In this document: positions 8,473-16,895 of the stretch, one piece after another
Layout of the letters: every line of letters starts with the position of its first letter
Position numbering within the stretch: position 1 is the stretch's first letter
Assembly: GCA_020425485.1 (NCBI GenBank)
Contig: JAGQRL010000029.1
Location: forward strand, 1-46,424
DNA from: Rhodospirillaceae bacterium
Lineage (GTDB): Bacteria > Pseudomonadota > Alphaproteobacteria > DSM-16000 > Inquilinaceae
Reading direction: 5' to 3'
Length of the DNA stretch: 46,424 nucleotides
Notes under the pieces: generated by a model
Databases searched by the model: none
What the model was told of the DNA's origin: nothing
Seen by the model: the letters and a program-made list of their open reading frames with translations, nothing else
Position numbers and translations under genes: made by a program

Positions 8473-9057
8473 TCAGGCCCCGCCGGGCCGCAGGGTGGCG
8501 CGGATGGTGTCCATCACGTCGGTAAGCTGCTGCAGGTCGCCGGTGGCCCGCTTGGCCAGCAGTGCACCCTGCAGCGCGCAGAACAGGAAGCGCGCCATCT
8601 TGTCCGGGCGGTCGGCCAGGCGGAACAGCCCGGCGTCGGCACCGCGCCGCAAGATGCCCTCCAGCCAGCGTTCATGGCCTTCGAAGAACAGCGCCAGTTC
8701 GTGGCGCATCTCCACCGGCAGGGCCATGGCCTCGCCGGCCAGGGCGCCGCACAGGCACACCTTGTCGGGCGTGCCGGCAAAATCCAGGTACGGGCCGAAA
8801 TAGATCTCCAGCGCGTCCCACACCGTCTTGTCGGGATCGGCGTCCACACCGGCCAGCACCGCGGCGAAGGTTTCCCGGTAGCGCCGTACCACGGCTTCAC
8901 CCAGCGCGTTCTTGGACGGGAAGTGGTGGACGATGCTGGGCTTGCGGATGCCGACCTTGAGCGCGATGTCCTGGAAGCTCATGGCGGAATAGCCGCGGGT
9001 CTGGATCAGCTCCTGGGCGGCATCGAGGATCTGGTTGCGGCGATCGGGCGCGGTCAC
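8473..9057 (-). CDS. TetR/AcrR family transcriptional regulator
   Basis: The HTH region is RNQILDAAQELIQTRGYSAMSFQDIALKVGIRKPSIVHHFPSK. I chose the GTG at 9057 as the start. The longer ORF to 9666 has an R/G/P-rich N-terminus and overlaps the cupin gene. Confidence 0.8.
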   Translation of the reverse strand: MTAPDRRNQILDAAQELIQTRGYSAMSFQDIALKVGIRKPSIVHHFPSKNALGEAVVRRYRETFAAVLAGVDADPDKTVWDALEIYFGPYLDFAGTPDKVCLCGALAGEAMALPVEMRHELALFFEGHERWLEGILRRGADAGLFRLADRPDKMARFLFCALQGALLAKRATGDLQQLTDVMDTIRATLRPGGA

Positions 9058-9062
9058 GCTGG

Positions 9063-9731
9063 TCAGCCCCGCCCCGGCAGATGGCCGCGCTTGGCCCACC
9101 AGGCAGCCCCGGTGCCGCTGGCCAGCGCCACGCCGGTGTCGGCCGGCACGCGCAGCCAGGTGTGGCGGCCGCGGGGCACCCCGTCCACCGTCAGCACGCC
9201 GTCCAGCACCAGGATTTCCAGCCCGCCATGGCCGGCCTCTTCCCCCAGATCGGTACCCGGCGCCAGCCGTTCCAGCACCACGGTTTCCGCCTCGCCCGCG
9301 TAAAGCGCCAGCACCTCGTGGCCGGCGCAGCGCCCCGGCTGCCAGCGGCCGGCCCGCGTGTCCACCGCCACATGTGGCTCGCCCGGCTGCATCTGGCAGA
9401 GCTTGACGAACAGGGTGCAGCCCGGGCGGCTGAACGGGGCATGGCGCGACCCCGGCGGGTTGCGCACATAGAAGCCGGCGGAAAAGTCGCCGTCGCCGTC
9501 GGAGAAGGTGCCGTCCAGCACCAGGTATTCCTCGCCGGCCGGGTGCAGATGCTGGGAGAACGACGCCCCCGCCGCATAGCGCACGATGGAGGTGGCGCGG
9601 CCGTGTTCCGCCGCCTCGCGCTCCAGGCGCCGGCGGTCCACACCGGGCAGCGGCGACGGTGCCCACTCCACCGTTTCGGCATCGATCGCCACCGGCTGGG
9701 CGAGGTCCATGTTGAGGCTGCTGTCAGGCAC
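9063..9731 (-). CDS. Cupin domain protein (ChrR-like bicupin)
   Basis: Cupin-like motif FSQHLHPAGEEYLVLDGTF ... RHAPF. The start overlaps the stop of the upstream SDR gene at 9731. Confidence 0.7.
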   Translation of the reverse strand: MPDSSLNMDLAQPVAIDAETVEWAPSPLPGVDRRRLEREAAEHGRATSIVRYAAGASFSQHLHPAGEEYLVLDGTFSDGDGDFSAGFYVRNPPGSRHAPFSRPGCTLFVKLCQMQPGEPHVAVDTRAGRWQPGRCAGHEVLALYAGEAETVVLERLAPGTDLGEEAGHGGLEILVLDGVLTVDGVPRGRHTWLRVPADTGVALASGTGAAWWAKRGHLPGRG

Positions 9732-10426
9732 TAGAAGCTCTCCTTCGCCACCCGCAGGTCGATCTCATGGCTCCAGCATGATGGCGGCTGATCGGCCAGC
9801 GCCAAATAGGCATCGGCGATGGCACCGGGGTCGAGGCAGTCCTCCTGCGCCATGCCGTGGCGTTCGGCCACGCTGTCGGACCAGATGATCCCGTCGATCA
9901 CCACATGGGCCACATGGATGCCACGGGCGCCATAGGCGCGGGCGAGCGACTGGGCCAGTGCCCGCACCGCGAATTTGGAGGAGGCAAAGGCGCTGAAGCG
10001 GGCGCCGCCGCGCAGCGAGCCGGTGGCGCCGGTGAAGATCAGCGTGCCGCGCCCGGCCGCCAGCATGTCCGGCAGCACCTGCTGCGCGCAGAGCACGGCA
10101 CCCAGGCAGGCGGTGCGCCACAGCCGCTCGAAATCCTCCGGTGCGGTCTCCAGGAAGTCGCCGATCACCCGCTGGGAGGCGTTGTGGATGTAGAGGCTGG
10201 GGGCGCCCAGCTCGGTGCGGATGGCGGCAAAGGCGGCGGCCACCGCTGCGGCATCGGCGATGTCGCAGGCATAGCTGCGGCAATCCGGTGCTGCGGCCGG
10301 CGGCGGCGTGCCGCGGCGCGACAGGCCGGCCACGCGATAACCGCGCGCCGCCAGCCGGGCGGCCAGATGGGCGCTGAGGCCGGTGCCGAGGCCGCCGATC
10401 ACGGCAACTGGGGTCGGGTCCGTCAT
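9731..10426 (-). CDS. Short-chain dehydrogenase/reductase (SDR) family oxidoreductase
   Basis: Rossmann segment VAVIGGLGTGLSAHLAARL and catalytic region SAFASSKFAVRALAQS. The ATG at 10426 has GGGGAG 6 nt upstream. An alternative start lies at 10462. Confidence 0.8.
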   Translation of the reverse strand: MTDPTPVAVIGGLGTGLSAHLAARLAARGYRVAGLSRRGTPPPAAAPDCRSYACDIADAAAVAAAFAAIRTELGAPSLYIHNASQRVIGDFLETAPEDFERLWRTACLGAVLCAQQVLPDMLAAGRGTLIFTGATGSLRGGARFSAFASSKFAVRALAQSLARAYGARGIHVAHVVIDGIIWSDSVAERHGMAQEDCLDPGAIADAYLALADQPPSCWSHEIDLRVAKESF

Positions 10427-10528
10427 CGCAAGCTCCCCAACGTGCTTTCCGTCAAATGGCACCAGCCACCGGACCGGAGATCGCCCGGCACGGCGGCTGA
10501 TGCCGTTTCCAGTGCGCCTTCGATCAGA

Positions 10529-10951
10529 CTACACCGCACTCAGCAGCACGATGGCGATGGCCACGAAGGCGCCGAGCCCGGCGAAGAAGGACAGCGTGCG
10601 CAAGAGCGGGATGCCCAGCCAGTAGCACACGGCGTGGCCAAGCCGGGCGAAGAAGTAGACGGCCGCGGCGGTGGTGACGACGCCTTCGGCCAGGCCCGCC
10701 ACATGGGCGGTGAGCACCAGGGCCACGAACACCGGGAAGCTTTCCGTCACATTGGCGTGGGCGGCATGGGCGCGGCGCGCCCAGGCGGGCGGCGTTTCGT
10801 CGGCCTGCCTGAAGCCGGCGACACCGCTGTCCGGGTTGTAGCCGGTGGCGCCGATGAGGCCGATGCGCAGGATGCGTTCCAGGGTGTAGGGCAGCCACAT
10901 CAGGCCAACGAGGACGGCGGTGAGGGTGAGCCAGGTCAGGTCTGCGGTCAT
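10529..10951 (-). CDS. MAPEG family membrane protein
   Basis: 140-aa hydrophobic protein with a MAPEG-like core (RAHAAHANVTESFPVFVALVL). The ATG at 10951 is preceded by GGGAGG. The longer ORF to 11065 is not supported by any RBS. Confidence 0.7.
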   Translation of the reverse strand: MTADLTWLTLTAVLVGLMWLPYTLERILRIGLIGATGYNPDSGVAGFRQADETPPAWARRAHAAHANVTESFPVFVALVLTAHVAGLAEGVVTTAAAVYFFARLGHAVCYWLGIPLLRTLSFFAGLGAFVAIAIVLLSAV

Positions 10952-10992
10952 GGGAACCTCCCGATGGGACTGTTGATGCGCCCTTTGTCTAC

Positions 10993-11006
10993 CTACCGTT
11001 CGGTAG
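10993..11006. promoter_or_regulatory. Perfect 14-bp palindrome CTACCGTTCGGTAG in the divergent promoter region; candidate TetR operator
   Basis: 6-bp arms around a central TT. It lies between the MAPEG start (10951, minus) and the TetR start (about 11087, plus). Confidence 0.4.
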
Positions 11007-11086
11007 AGAGTCAAGCGGAGTTTTGCGGCCCTGGCCCAGCAGGCAGGCCGCCGCCTCTGTTTCATTCGATTGACTTAATCGGTCGT

Positions 11087-11809
11087 ATGATCTATAACCG
11101 CACCATGGACCGCGAGATCGACCCATCGCCCCCGCCCGAAGCCCCGACGGATCGCGGCGACATCACCCGCCAGAAGCTGCTGGATGCCGCCATCGACGTG
11201 TTCGGCCGCCAAGGCTACGACGGCACCACCACGCGGCGGCTGGCCCAGGCGGCCGGCGTCAACCTCCAGGCCATCCCCTACTATTTCGGCGGCAAGGAAG
11301 GCCTGTACGTCGCCGCGGCGGAGCATCTGGTCGTCCGCATCTCCGCCCATGTGGCAGCCAAGCGCGAGCGACTGCGCGGCCGCATCGCCGAGGCCGACCG
11401 CGCCGGCGGGCTCAGCGTCGGCGAAGCGCGGGCGCTGCTGGCGGAACTGGCGGATACCGTGGTCGGGCTGTTCATCAGCCGGGACTCCGAAGCCTGGGCA
11501 CGCTTCATCATCCGCGAGCAGATGGCCCCCACCGAAGCCTTCCGGCGCATCCAGGGCGGCGTCATGCAGCCGATGATGGAGGTGGCCGGCCGGCTGGTCG
11601 CCACCGTCCTCGGCGAAACGCCCGACAGCCCGCATGTGCGCCTGCGCACCCTGGCGCTGTTCGGCAGCATCCTGATGTTCCGCACCGGCCGCGCCACCGT
11701 GCTGGCCCGGCTGGGCTGGGAGGAAATCGGCCCGCGCGAGGCCGACGCCGTTCGCGCGCTGGTGGGCGAGCTGGTGGCCACGCTGTCGCCTGGGGAGGTT
11801 GTTCCATGA
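11087..11809 (+). CDS. TetR family regulator (CecR/YbiH-like) heading the efflux operon
   Basis: HTH region ITRQKLLDAAIDVFGRQGYDGTTTRRLAQAAGVNLQAIPYYFGGKEGLY. The start is ambiguous (ATG at 11087 or 11105). The stop overlaps the HlyD start (ATGA). Confidence 0.8.
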   Translation: MIYNRTMDREIDPSPPPEAPTDRGDITRQKLLDAAIDVFGRQGYDGTTTRRLAQAAGVNLQAIPYYFGGKEGLYVAAAEHLVVRISAHVAAKRERLRGRIAEADRAGGLSVGEARALLAELADTVVGLFISRDSEAWARFIIREQMAPTEAFRRIQGGVMQPMMEVAGRLVATVLGETPDSPHVRLRTLALFGSILMFRTGRATVLARLGWEEIGPREADAVRALVGELVATLSPGEVVP

Positions 11810-12825
11810 AGCGCCGTCTCGCCGTCCTGGTCATCCTGCTCGCCGCGGCCGGCATCGCCGCCTGGCAGTTCGACGTGCCGGCCCGCCTGGGCTGGACGGA
11901 TGGGGACACCGGCCGGCTGACCCTTTACGGCAATGTCGATATCCGCCAGGTGGAGCTGGCCTTCCGGGTCGGCGGGCGCGTCGCCGATATGGCGGTGGAC
12001 GAAGGCGACCGGGTGGACGAGGGCCAGGTGCTGGCCCGCCTGGATGCCCGGCCCTACGAGGACACGCTGCGCGCCCAGCAGGCCCAGGTGGCCATCCGCA
12101 CCGCCACGCTGGACGAGCGCGTCGCCGGCCCGCGCGAGGCGGAAATCGCCCAGGCCCGCGCCACCGTGGCGGAACGGCGGGCGGCCCTCGACAACGCCGA
12201 ACAGGCGCTGCAGCGCGCCAGCCGCCTGCGCGAAGGCACCACCATCTCCCAGGCCAGCCTGGACGAAGCCCTGGCCTCGCGGGACCAGGCGGCCGCCCGC
12301 GTCACCTCTGCCGAAGAAGCCCTCAACCTGCTGGAAGAAGGCACACGGCCGGAAGAAATCGCCGCCGCCCGGGCGGAACTGGAACTGGCGGACGCCAACC
12401 TGGCCTCGGCGCGCACCGCGCTGGACGACACCGCGCTGGAAGCGCCCTCCACCGGCACCATCCTGTCGCGGGTACGCGAGCCGGGGGCCGTGGTGGCGGC
12501 GGGCGAGACGGTCTATGTGCTGTCGCTGGAAACCCCGGTGTGGGTGCGCGCCTACATCTCCGAACCCGATCTCGGCCGCATCCACCCTGGCCTGGCGGTG
12601 GAGGTGGTGACCGATACGGCGCCCGACCATCCCTATGCCGGGCAGATCGGCTTCATCTCCCCGGTGGCGGAATTCACCCCGCGGGCGGTGGAGACCACCG
12701 ACTTGCGCGCCGATCTCGTCTATCGCCTGCGCGTGGTGGTGGATGCGCCGGACAGCGGCTTGCGCCAGGGCATGCCGGTAACCGTGCGGGTGCCCGACGC
12801 CGCGCCGGCGGACGCCTCCCAATGA
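11806..12825 (+). CDS. HlyD-family membrane fusion protein (YbhG-like)
   Basis: N-terminal TM, a coiled-coil-rich centre (AQQAQVAIRTATLDE ... ARAELELADANLASA) and a beta-barrel C-terminus. Start and stop overlap the flanking genes. Confidence 0.85.
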   Translation: MKRRLAVLVILLAAAGIAAWQFDVPARLGWTDGDTGRLTLYGNVDIRQVELAFRVGGRVADMAVDEGDRVDEGQVLARLDARPYEDTLRAQQAQVAIRTATLDERVAGPREAEIAQARATVAERRAALDNAEQALQRASRLREGTTISQASLDEALASRDQAAARVTSAEEALNLLEEGTRPEEIAAARAELELADANLASARTALDDTALEAPSTGTILSRVREPGAVVAAGETVYVLSLETPVWVRAYISEPDLGRIHPGLAVEVVTDTAPDHPYAGQIGFISPVAEFTPRAVETTDLRADLVYRLRVVVDAPDSGLRQGMPVTVRVPDAAPADASQ

Positions 12826-14567
12826 CCGCCGCCGCGGAGGCGCCGGACCTGGTGCGCCTGGAGGCGGTAAGCAAGCGCTTCGGCACCGCCCCGCCGGCGC
12901 TCGACGCCGTGTCCGGCCACATCCGCGGCGGCGAGATCACCGGGCTGGTGGGCCCCGACGGCGCCGGCAAGACCACGCTGATCCGCCTGATGACCGGGCT
13001 GATGCAGGCCGACGGCGGCAGGCTGGAGGTACTGGGCTTCGACACCGGGCGGGAGGCCGCCCGCATCCAGCGCGCCATCGGCTATATGCCCCAGCGTTTC
13101 GGCCTCTACGAAGACCTGTCGGTGGCGGAAAACCTGCGCCTCTATGCCGATCTGCGCGGCCTGCCCAAGCCCGAACGGCCCGCGGTGTTCGATCAGCTCC
13201 TCACCTTCACCGACCTGAAGCGCTTCACCTCCCGGCTCGCCGGCCGCCTGTCGGGCGGCATGAAGCAGAAGCTGGGGCTGGCCTGTGCCTTGTTGCGCAA
13301 GCCGCGGCTGCTGCTACTGGACGAGCCCAGCGTCGGCGTCGATCCGATCTCGCGCCGCGACCTCTGGGCCATGGTGGACGACCTGACGAAGGAGGGCATC
13401 GGCGTCGTCTGGTCCACCGCCTATCTGGATGAAGCGGAAGCCTGCGACCGGGTGCTGCTGCTGAACCAGGGCAAGCTGCTGTTCGCCGGCCCGCCCGCGG
13501 ACCTGACCGCCCGTGTTGCCGGCCGCGTGTTCAAGCTGGCCGGCGGCAACGGGCAGCGCCGCCGGGTGCTGGCCGCAGCATTGGACCGCGACGGCGTGGT
13601 GGACGGCGTCGTCCAGGGCGATGCGGTGCGCCTGGTGCTGGCCCCGGCGGAGGACGAAGCGGCACTGGCCCGCCAGGTGGCCGGCGAAGGCCACCGCATC
13701 CAGCCGGCCGAACCGCGCTTTGAGGATGCCTTCGTCGACCTGCTGGGCGGCGGCCCCGGCGGCCGCTCCGCGCTGGCCGATGCCGCCACCCCGCTGCCGA
13801 TGGAAGACACCGCACCGGTGATCGAAGCGCGCGGGCTGACCAAGCGCTTCGGCGATTTCACCGCGGCGGAGGACATCACCTTCGCCATTCCCCGCGGCCA
13901 GATCTTCGGGCTGCTCGGCCCCAACGGTGCCGGCAAGTCCACCACCTTCAAGATGCTGTGCGGCCTGCTGAAACCGACCGCCGGCGAAGGCCGGGTGGCG
14001 GGGTTCGACCTGCGCCACGCCGGCGCCAAGGCGCGCAACCGCCTGGGCTACATGGCGCAGAAATTCTCGCTCTACGGCGATCTCTCCGTCGCCCAGAACC
14101 TCGCCTTCTTCGCCGGCGTGTACGGGCTGTCCCGGCGGCGGCGGCGCGAGCGCAGCCAGCTCATGGTGGAGATCTTCGATCTCGGCCCGCATCTTAGCAT
14201 GTCGGCCAAGGACCTGCCGCTGGGCCTGAAGCAGCGCCTGGCGCTGGCCTGTGCGGTGCTGCACGAGCCGGAAGCCCTGTTCCTCGACGAACCGACCTCC
14301 GGCGTCGATCCCATCACCCGGCGGGAGTTCTGGTCGCACATCAACGGGCTGGTGGAAAAGGGCGTCACCGTGCTGGTGACCACCCATTTCATGGACGAGG
14401 CGGAATACTGCGACCGCATCTCGCTGATCTACCGCGGCCACTCCATTGCGCTGGGGTCGCCCGACGAGCTGAAGGCCCAGGTGGCCGGCCCCGCAGCACC
14501 CGACCCCACCATGGAGGATGCCTTCGTGGCGCTGGTCCGCCGGTCCGAAGCGGCGGTGGCGGCATGA
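12822..14567 (+). CDS. ABC transporter ATP-binding protein with two fused NBDs (YbhF-like)
   Basis: Two sets of motifs: GPDGAGKTT / LSGGMKQKL / LLLLDEP and GPNGAGKST / LPLGLKQRL / ALFLDEP. The ATG at 12822 overlaps the HlyD stop. Confidence 0.9.
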   Translation: MTAAAEAPDLVRLEAVSKRFGTAPPALDAVSGHIRGGEITGLVGPDGAGKTTLIRLMTGLMQADGGRLEVLGFDTGREAARIQRAIGYMPQRFGLYEDLSVAENLRLYADLRGLPKPERPAVFDQLLTFTDLKRFTSRLAGRLSGGMKQKLGLACALLRKPRLLLLDEPSVGVDPISRRDLWAMVDDLTKEGIGVVWSTAYLDEAEACDRVLLLNQGKLLFAGPPADLTARVAGRVFKLAGGNGQRRRVLAAALDRDGVVDGVVQGDAVRLVLAPAEDEAALARQVAGEGHRIQPAEPRFEDAFVDLLGGGPGGRSALADAATPLPMEDTAPVIEARGLTKRFGDFTAAEDITFAIPRGQIFGLLGPNGAGKSTTFKMLCGLLKPTAGEGRVAGFDLRHAGAKARNRLGYMAQKFSLYGDLSVAQNLAFFAGVYGLSRRRRRERSQLMVEIFDLGPHLSMSAKDLPLGLKQRLALACAVLHEPEALFLDEPTSGVDPITRREFWSHINGLVEKGVTVLVTTHFMDEAEYCDRISLIYRGHSIALGSPDELKAQVAGPAAPDPTMEDAFVALVRRSEAAVAA

Positions 14568-15751
14568 GCACGACCGGCCCCACGGGCTCCGCAGCCCCCG
14601 CAGCCCCCGCCCACAGCCCCGGCACCTCCGGCCGTATGCGCCGCTTCGCCGCCCTGGTGCTGAAGGAAAGCACCCAGGTGGTGCGCGATCCCTCGTCGAT
14701 CCTGATCGCCCTGGTGCTGCCGATGATCCTCTTGTTCCTGTTCGGCTACGGCGTTTCGCTGGATGCCACGCGCACGCGCATCGGCGTGGTGATGGAAGCG
14801 GCCACCCCGGTGATCCGCGACCTCGCCGCCAGCTTCCAGGCCTCGCGCTATTTCGAGGTGGAGGTGGGCCAGGACCGCCGCCAGTTCGAAGACCGGCTGA
14901 TCCTGGGCGAGGTGCGCGGCATCGTCGTCATCCCCGCCCAGTTCGCCGCCGAAGGGGCCGGCCGCGGCACGCCGACCATCCAGGTGATCGTCGACGGCTC
15001 GGAACCCAACACCGCCAGCTTCGTGGAAAACTACGCCCAGGGCGTGGTGTCCGGCTGGGCGCGCATGCGCATGACCGACGTGACCGGCGGCACCGCCGGC
15101 CAGCCTGCCATCAGCGTGGAGCAGCGCTTCTGGTTCAACCCGGAACTGGCCAGCCGCAACTTCCTGGTGCCCGGCTCCATCGCCATCGTGATGACGCTGG
15201 TGGGCACGCTGCTGACCGCCCTGGTGGTGGCGCGGGAATGGGAGCGCGGCACCATGGAAGCGATGATGGCCACCCCGGTTACGGCAGCCGAGCTGCTGGC
15301 CGGCAAGATCCTGCCCTACTTCCTGCTCGGCCTGGCGTCCATGACCGTGTGCGTGCTGGTGGCAGTGTTCGTGTTCGCCGTGCCCTTCCGCGGCTCGGTG
15401 CTGGCGCTCTATGCCGTGTCGGCCTGCTTTTTGGTGCCGGCCTTGGGCCAGGGGCTGCTGATTTCCGCGGCCACCAAGAACCAGTTCCTCGCCTCCCAGC
15501 TCGCGATGTTCACCGGGTTCCTGCCGTCCTTCCTGCTGTCAGGCTTCCTGTTTGAGATCTCCTCGATGCCGGAGATCATCCAGTACCTCACGCTCATCGT
15601 GCCGGCGCGCTACCTGATCCCGTGTTTGCAGAGCGTGTTCCTGGCCGGCGACATCTGGGCGATGTTCCTGCCCCACATGGCGGTGATGCTGGCGATCGGC
15701 GCGCTGCTGTTCGTGCTGGCCGCCCGCAACATGCGCAAGCGGATCGCCTGA
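14564..15751 (+). CDS. ABC-2 type transporter permease (YbhS-like)
   Basis: Multi-pass membrane protein with ABC-2 family architecture. ATGA overlap with the ATPase gene. Confidence 0.85.
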   Translation: MSTTGPTGSAAPAAPAHSPGTSGRMRRFAALVLKESTQVVRDPSSILIALVLPMILLFLFGYGVSLDATRTRIGVVMEAATPVIRDLAASFQASRYFEVEVGQDRRQFEDRLILGEVRGIVVIPAQFAAEGAGRGTPTIQVIVDGSEPNTASFVENYAQGVVSGWARMRMTDVTGGTAGQPAISVEQRFWFNPELASRNFLVPGSIAIVMTLVGTLLTALVVAREWERGTMEAMMATPVTAAELLAGKILPYFLLGLASMTVCVLVAVFVFAVPFRGSVLALYAVSACFLVPALGQGLLISAATKNQFLASQLAMFTGFLPSFLLSGFLFEISSMPEIIQYLTLIVPARYLIPCLQSVFLAGDIWAMFLPHMAVMLAIGALLFVLAARNMRKRIA

Positions 15752-15752
15752 G

Positions 15753-16862
15753 ATGTGGCGCACCCGGCTCAGAGCCCTGATCGTGAAGGAGCTGCTGGCG
15801 ATCCTGCGCGATCCGCGCGGCCGCATGGTGCTGATCGTGCCGCCGATCATGCAGCTCGTGATCTTCTCCTTCGCCGCGACGCTGGACGTCACCAATGTCG
15901 ACGTGATGGTGCTCAACCGCGATGCCGGGCGCTGGGGGGTGGAGCTGATCCAGCGCATCGAAGGCGCTCCCACCTTCAACACCGTGGCGACGGTGGACAG
16001 CCTGGACGCGCTGCAAGCCGGCATCGACGAACAGAGCGCCATCGCCGCCATCCAGATCGGCCCGGAGTTTTCCCGCGATATCGCCGCCGGCCGCCCGGCG
16101 GAGGTGCAGATCATCCTCGACGGCCGCCGCTCCAACGCCGCCCAGATCGTCGCCGGCTACCTCAGCCGCATCGTCAACACGCTGGCCCGCGAGGTGGCGC
16201 CCGCCAACCCCAACATCCCCGATCTCCAGGTGGTGCCGCGCACCTGGTTCAACCCCAACCGCATCTACCAGTGGTTCATGGTGCCCAACCTGGTGGCGGC
16301 CATCGCCCTGCTGGTGGGGCTGGTGGTGACCGGGCTGTCGATCGCCCGGGAACGCGAGCTGGGCACGTTCGACCAGCTCATGGTCTCGCCCCTGCGCACG
16401 CATGAGATCCTCATCGGCAAGGTGATCCCGCCGATGATGATCGGCACGGTGCACATCACCGTCTACATCCTGGCGGCCGTCTACGTGTTTGGCGTGCCGC
16501 TCAGGGGATCGCTGGTGCTGCTCTATGGCAGTGCCATGTTCTACCTGCTGGCGGTGATCGGCGTCGGGCTGTTCGTCTCCGCCCTTTCGGCAACCCAGCA
16601 GCAGGCCATCCTCGGCGCCTTCCTGTTCATGGTGCCGGCCATGCTGCTGTCCGGCCTGGCCACGCCCATCGACAACATGCCGGACTGGCTGCAGCCGATC
16701 ACGCTGATCAACCCGCTGCGCTACTTCCTGGAAATCGTCTGGGGCGTGTTCCTGAAGGACCTGCCACCCGAGGAAATTCTGGCCGACACCATACCGTTGG
16801 CGCTGATCGCCGTGGCGACGCTGGGCACCGCCTCGTGGCTGTTCCGCCGGCGCATGGAGTAG
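15753..16862 (+). CDS. ABC-2 type transporter permease (YbhR-like)
   Basis: Paralog of the preceding permease. It starts 1 nt after the preceding stop. Confidence 0.85.
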   Translation: MWRTRLRALIVKELLAILRDPRGRMVLIVPPIMQLVIFSFAATLDVTNVDVMVLNRDAGRWGVELIQRIEGAPTFNTVATVDSLDALQAGIDEQSAIAAIQIGPEFSRDIAAGRPAEVQIILDGRRSNAAQIVAGYLSRIVNTLAREVAPANPNIPDLQVVPRTWFNPNRIYQWFMVPNLVAAIALLVGLVVTGLSIARERELGTFDQLMVSPLRTHEILIGKVIPPMMIGTVHITVYILAAVYVFGVPLRGSLVLLYGSAMFYLLAVIGVGLFVSALSATQQQAILGAFLFMVPAMLLSGLATPIDNMPDWLQPITLINPLRYFLEIVWGVFLKDLPPEEILADTIPLALIAVATLGTASWLFRRRME

Positions 16863-16895
16863 AAGAGGGCAGGAACCGCCCTACCCGCGCCCCTC

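Noticed and set aside
9058-9666. N-terminal extension of the TetR ORF (8473-9666, 397 aa).
   Set aside because: The extension is G/R/P-rich, overlaps the well-supported cupin gene in another frame, and a TetR of about 194 aa starting at GTG 9057 is the normal size.
11799-12821. The 922-aa ORF at 11799-14567 read as a single giant ABC protein.
   Set aside because: Its first 340 codons are an out-of-frame read through the HlyD gene (R/G/P-rich). The true ATPase starts at ATG 12822, overlapping the HlyD stop.
16863-16895. Possible terminator hairpin between the convergent ABC-2 permease and ClC genes (AGAGGG ... CCCTCT).
   Set aside because: It has only a 6-bp stem with a loop of about 20 nt and no U-tract, which is too weak to call.
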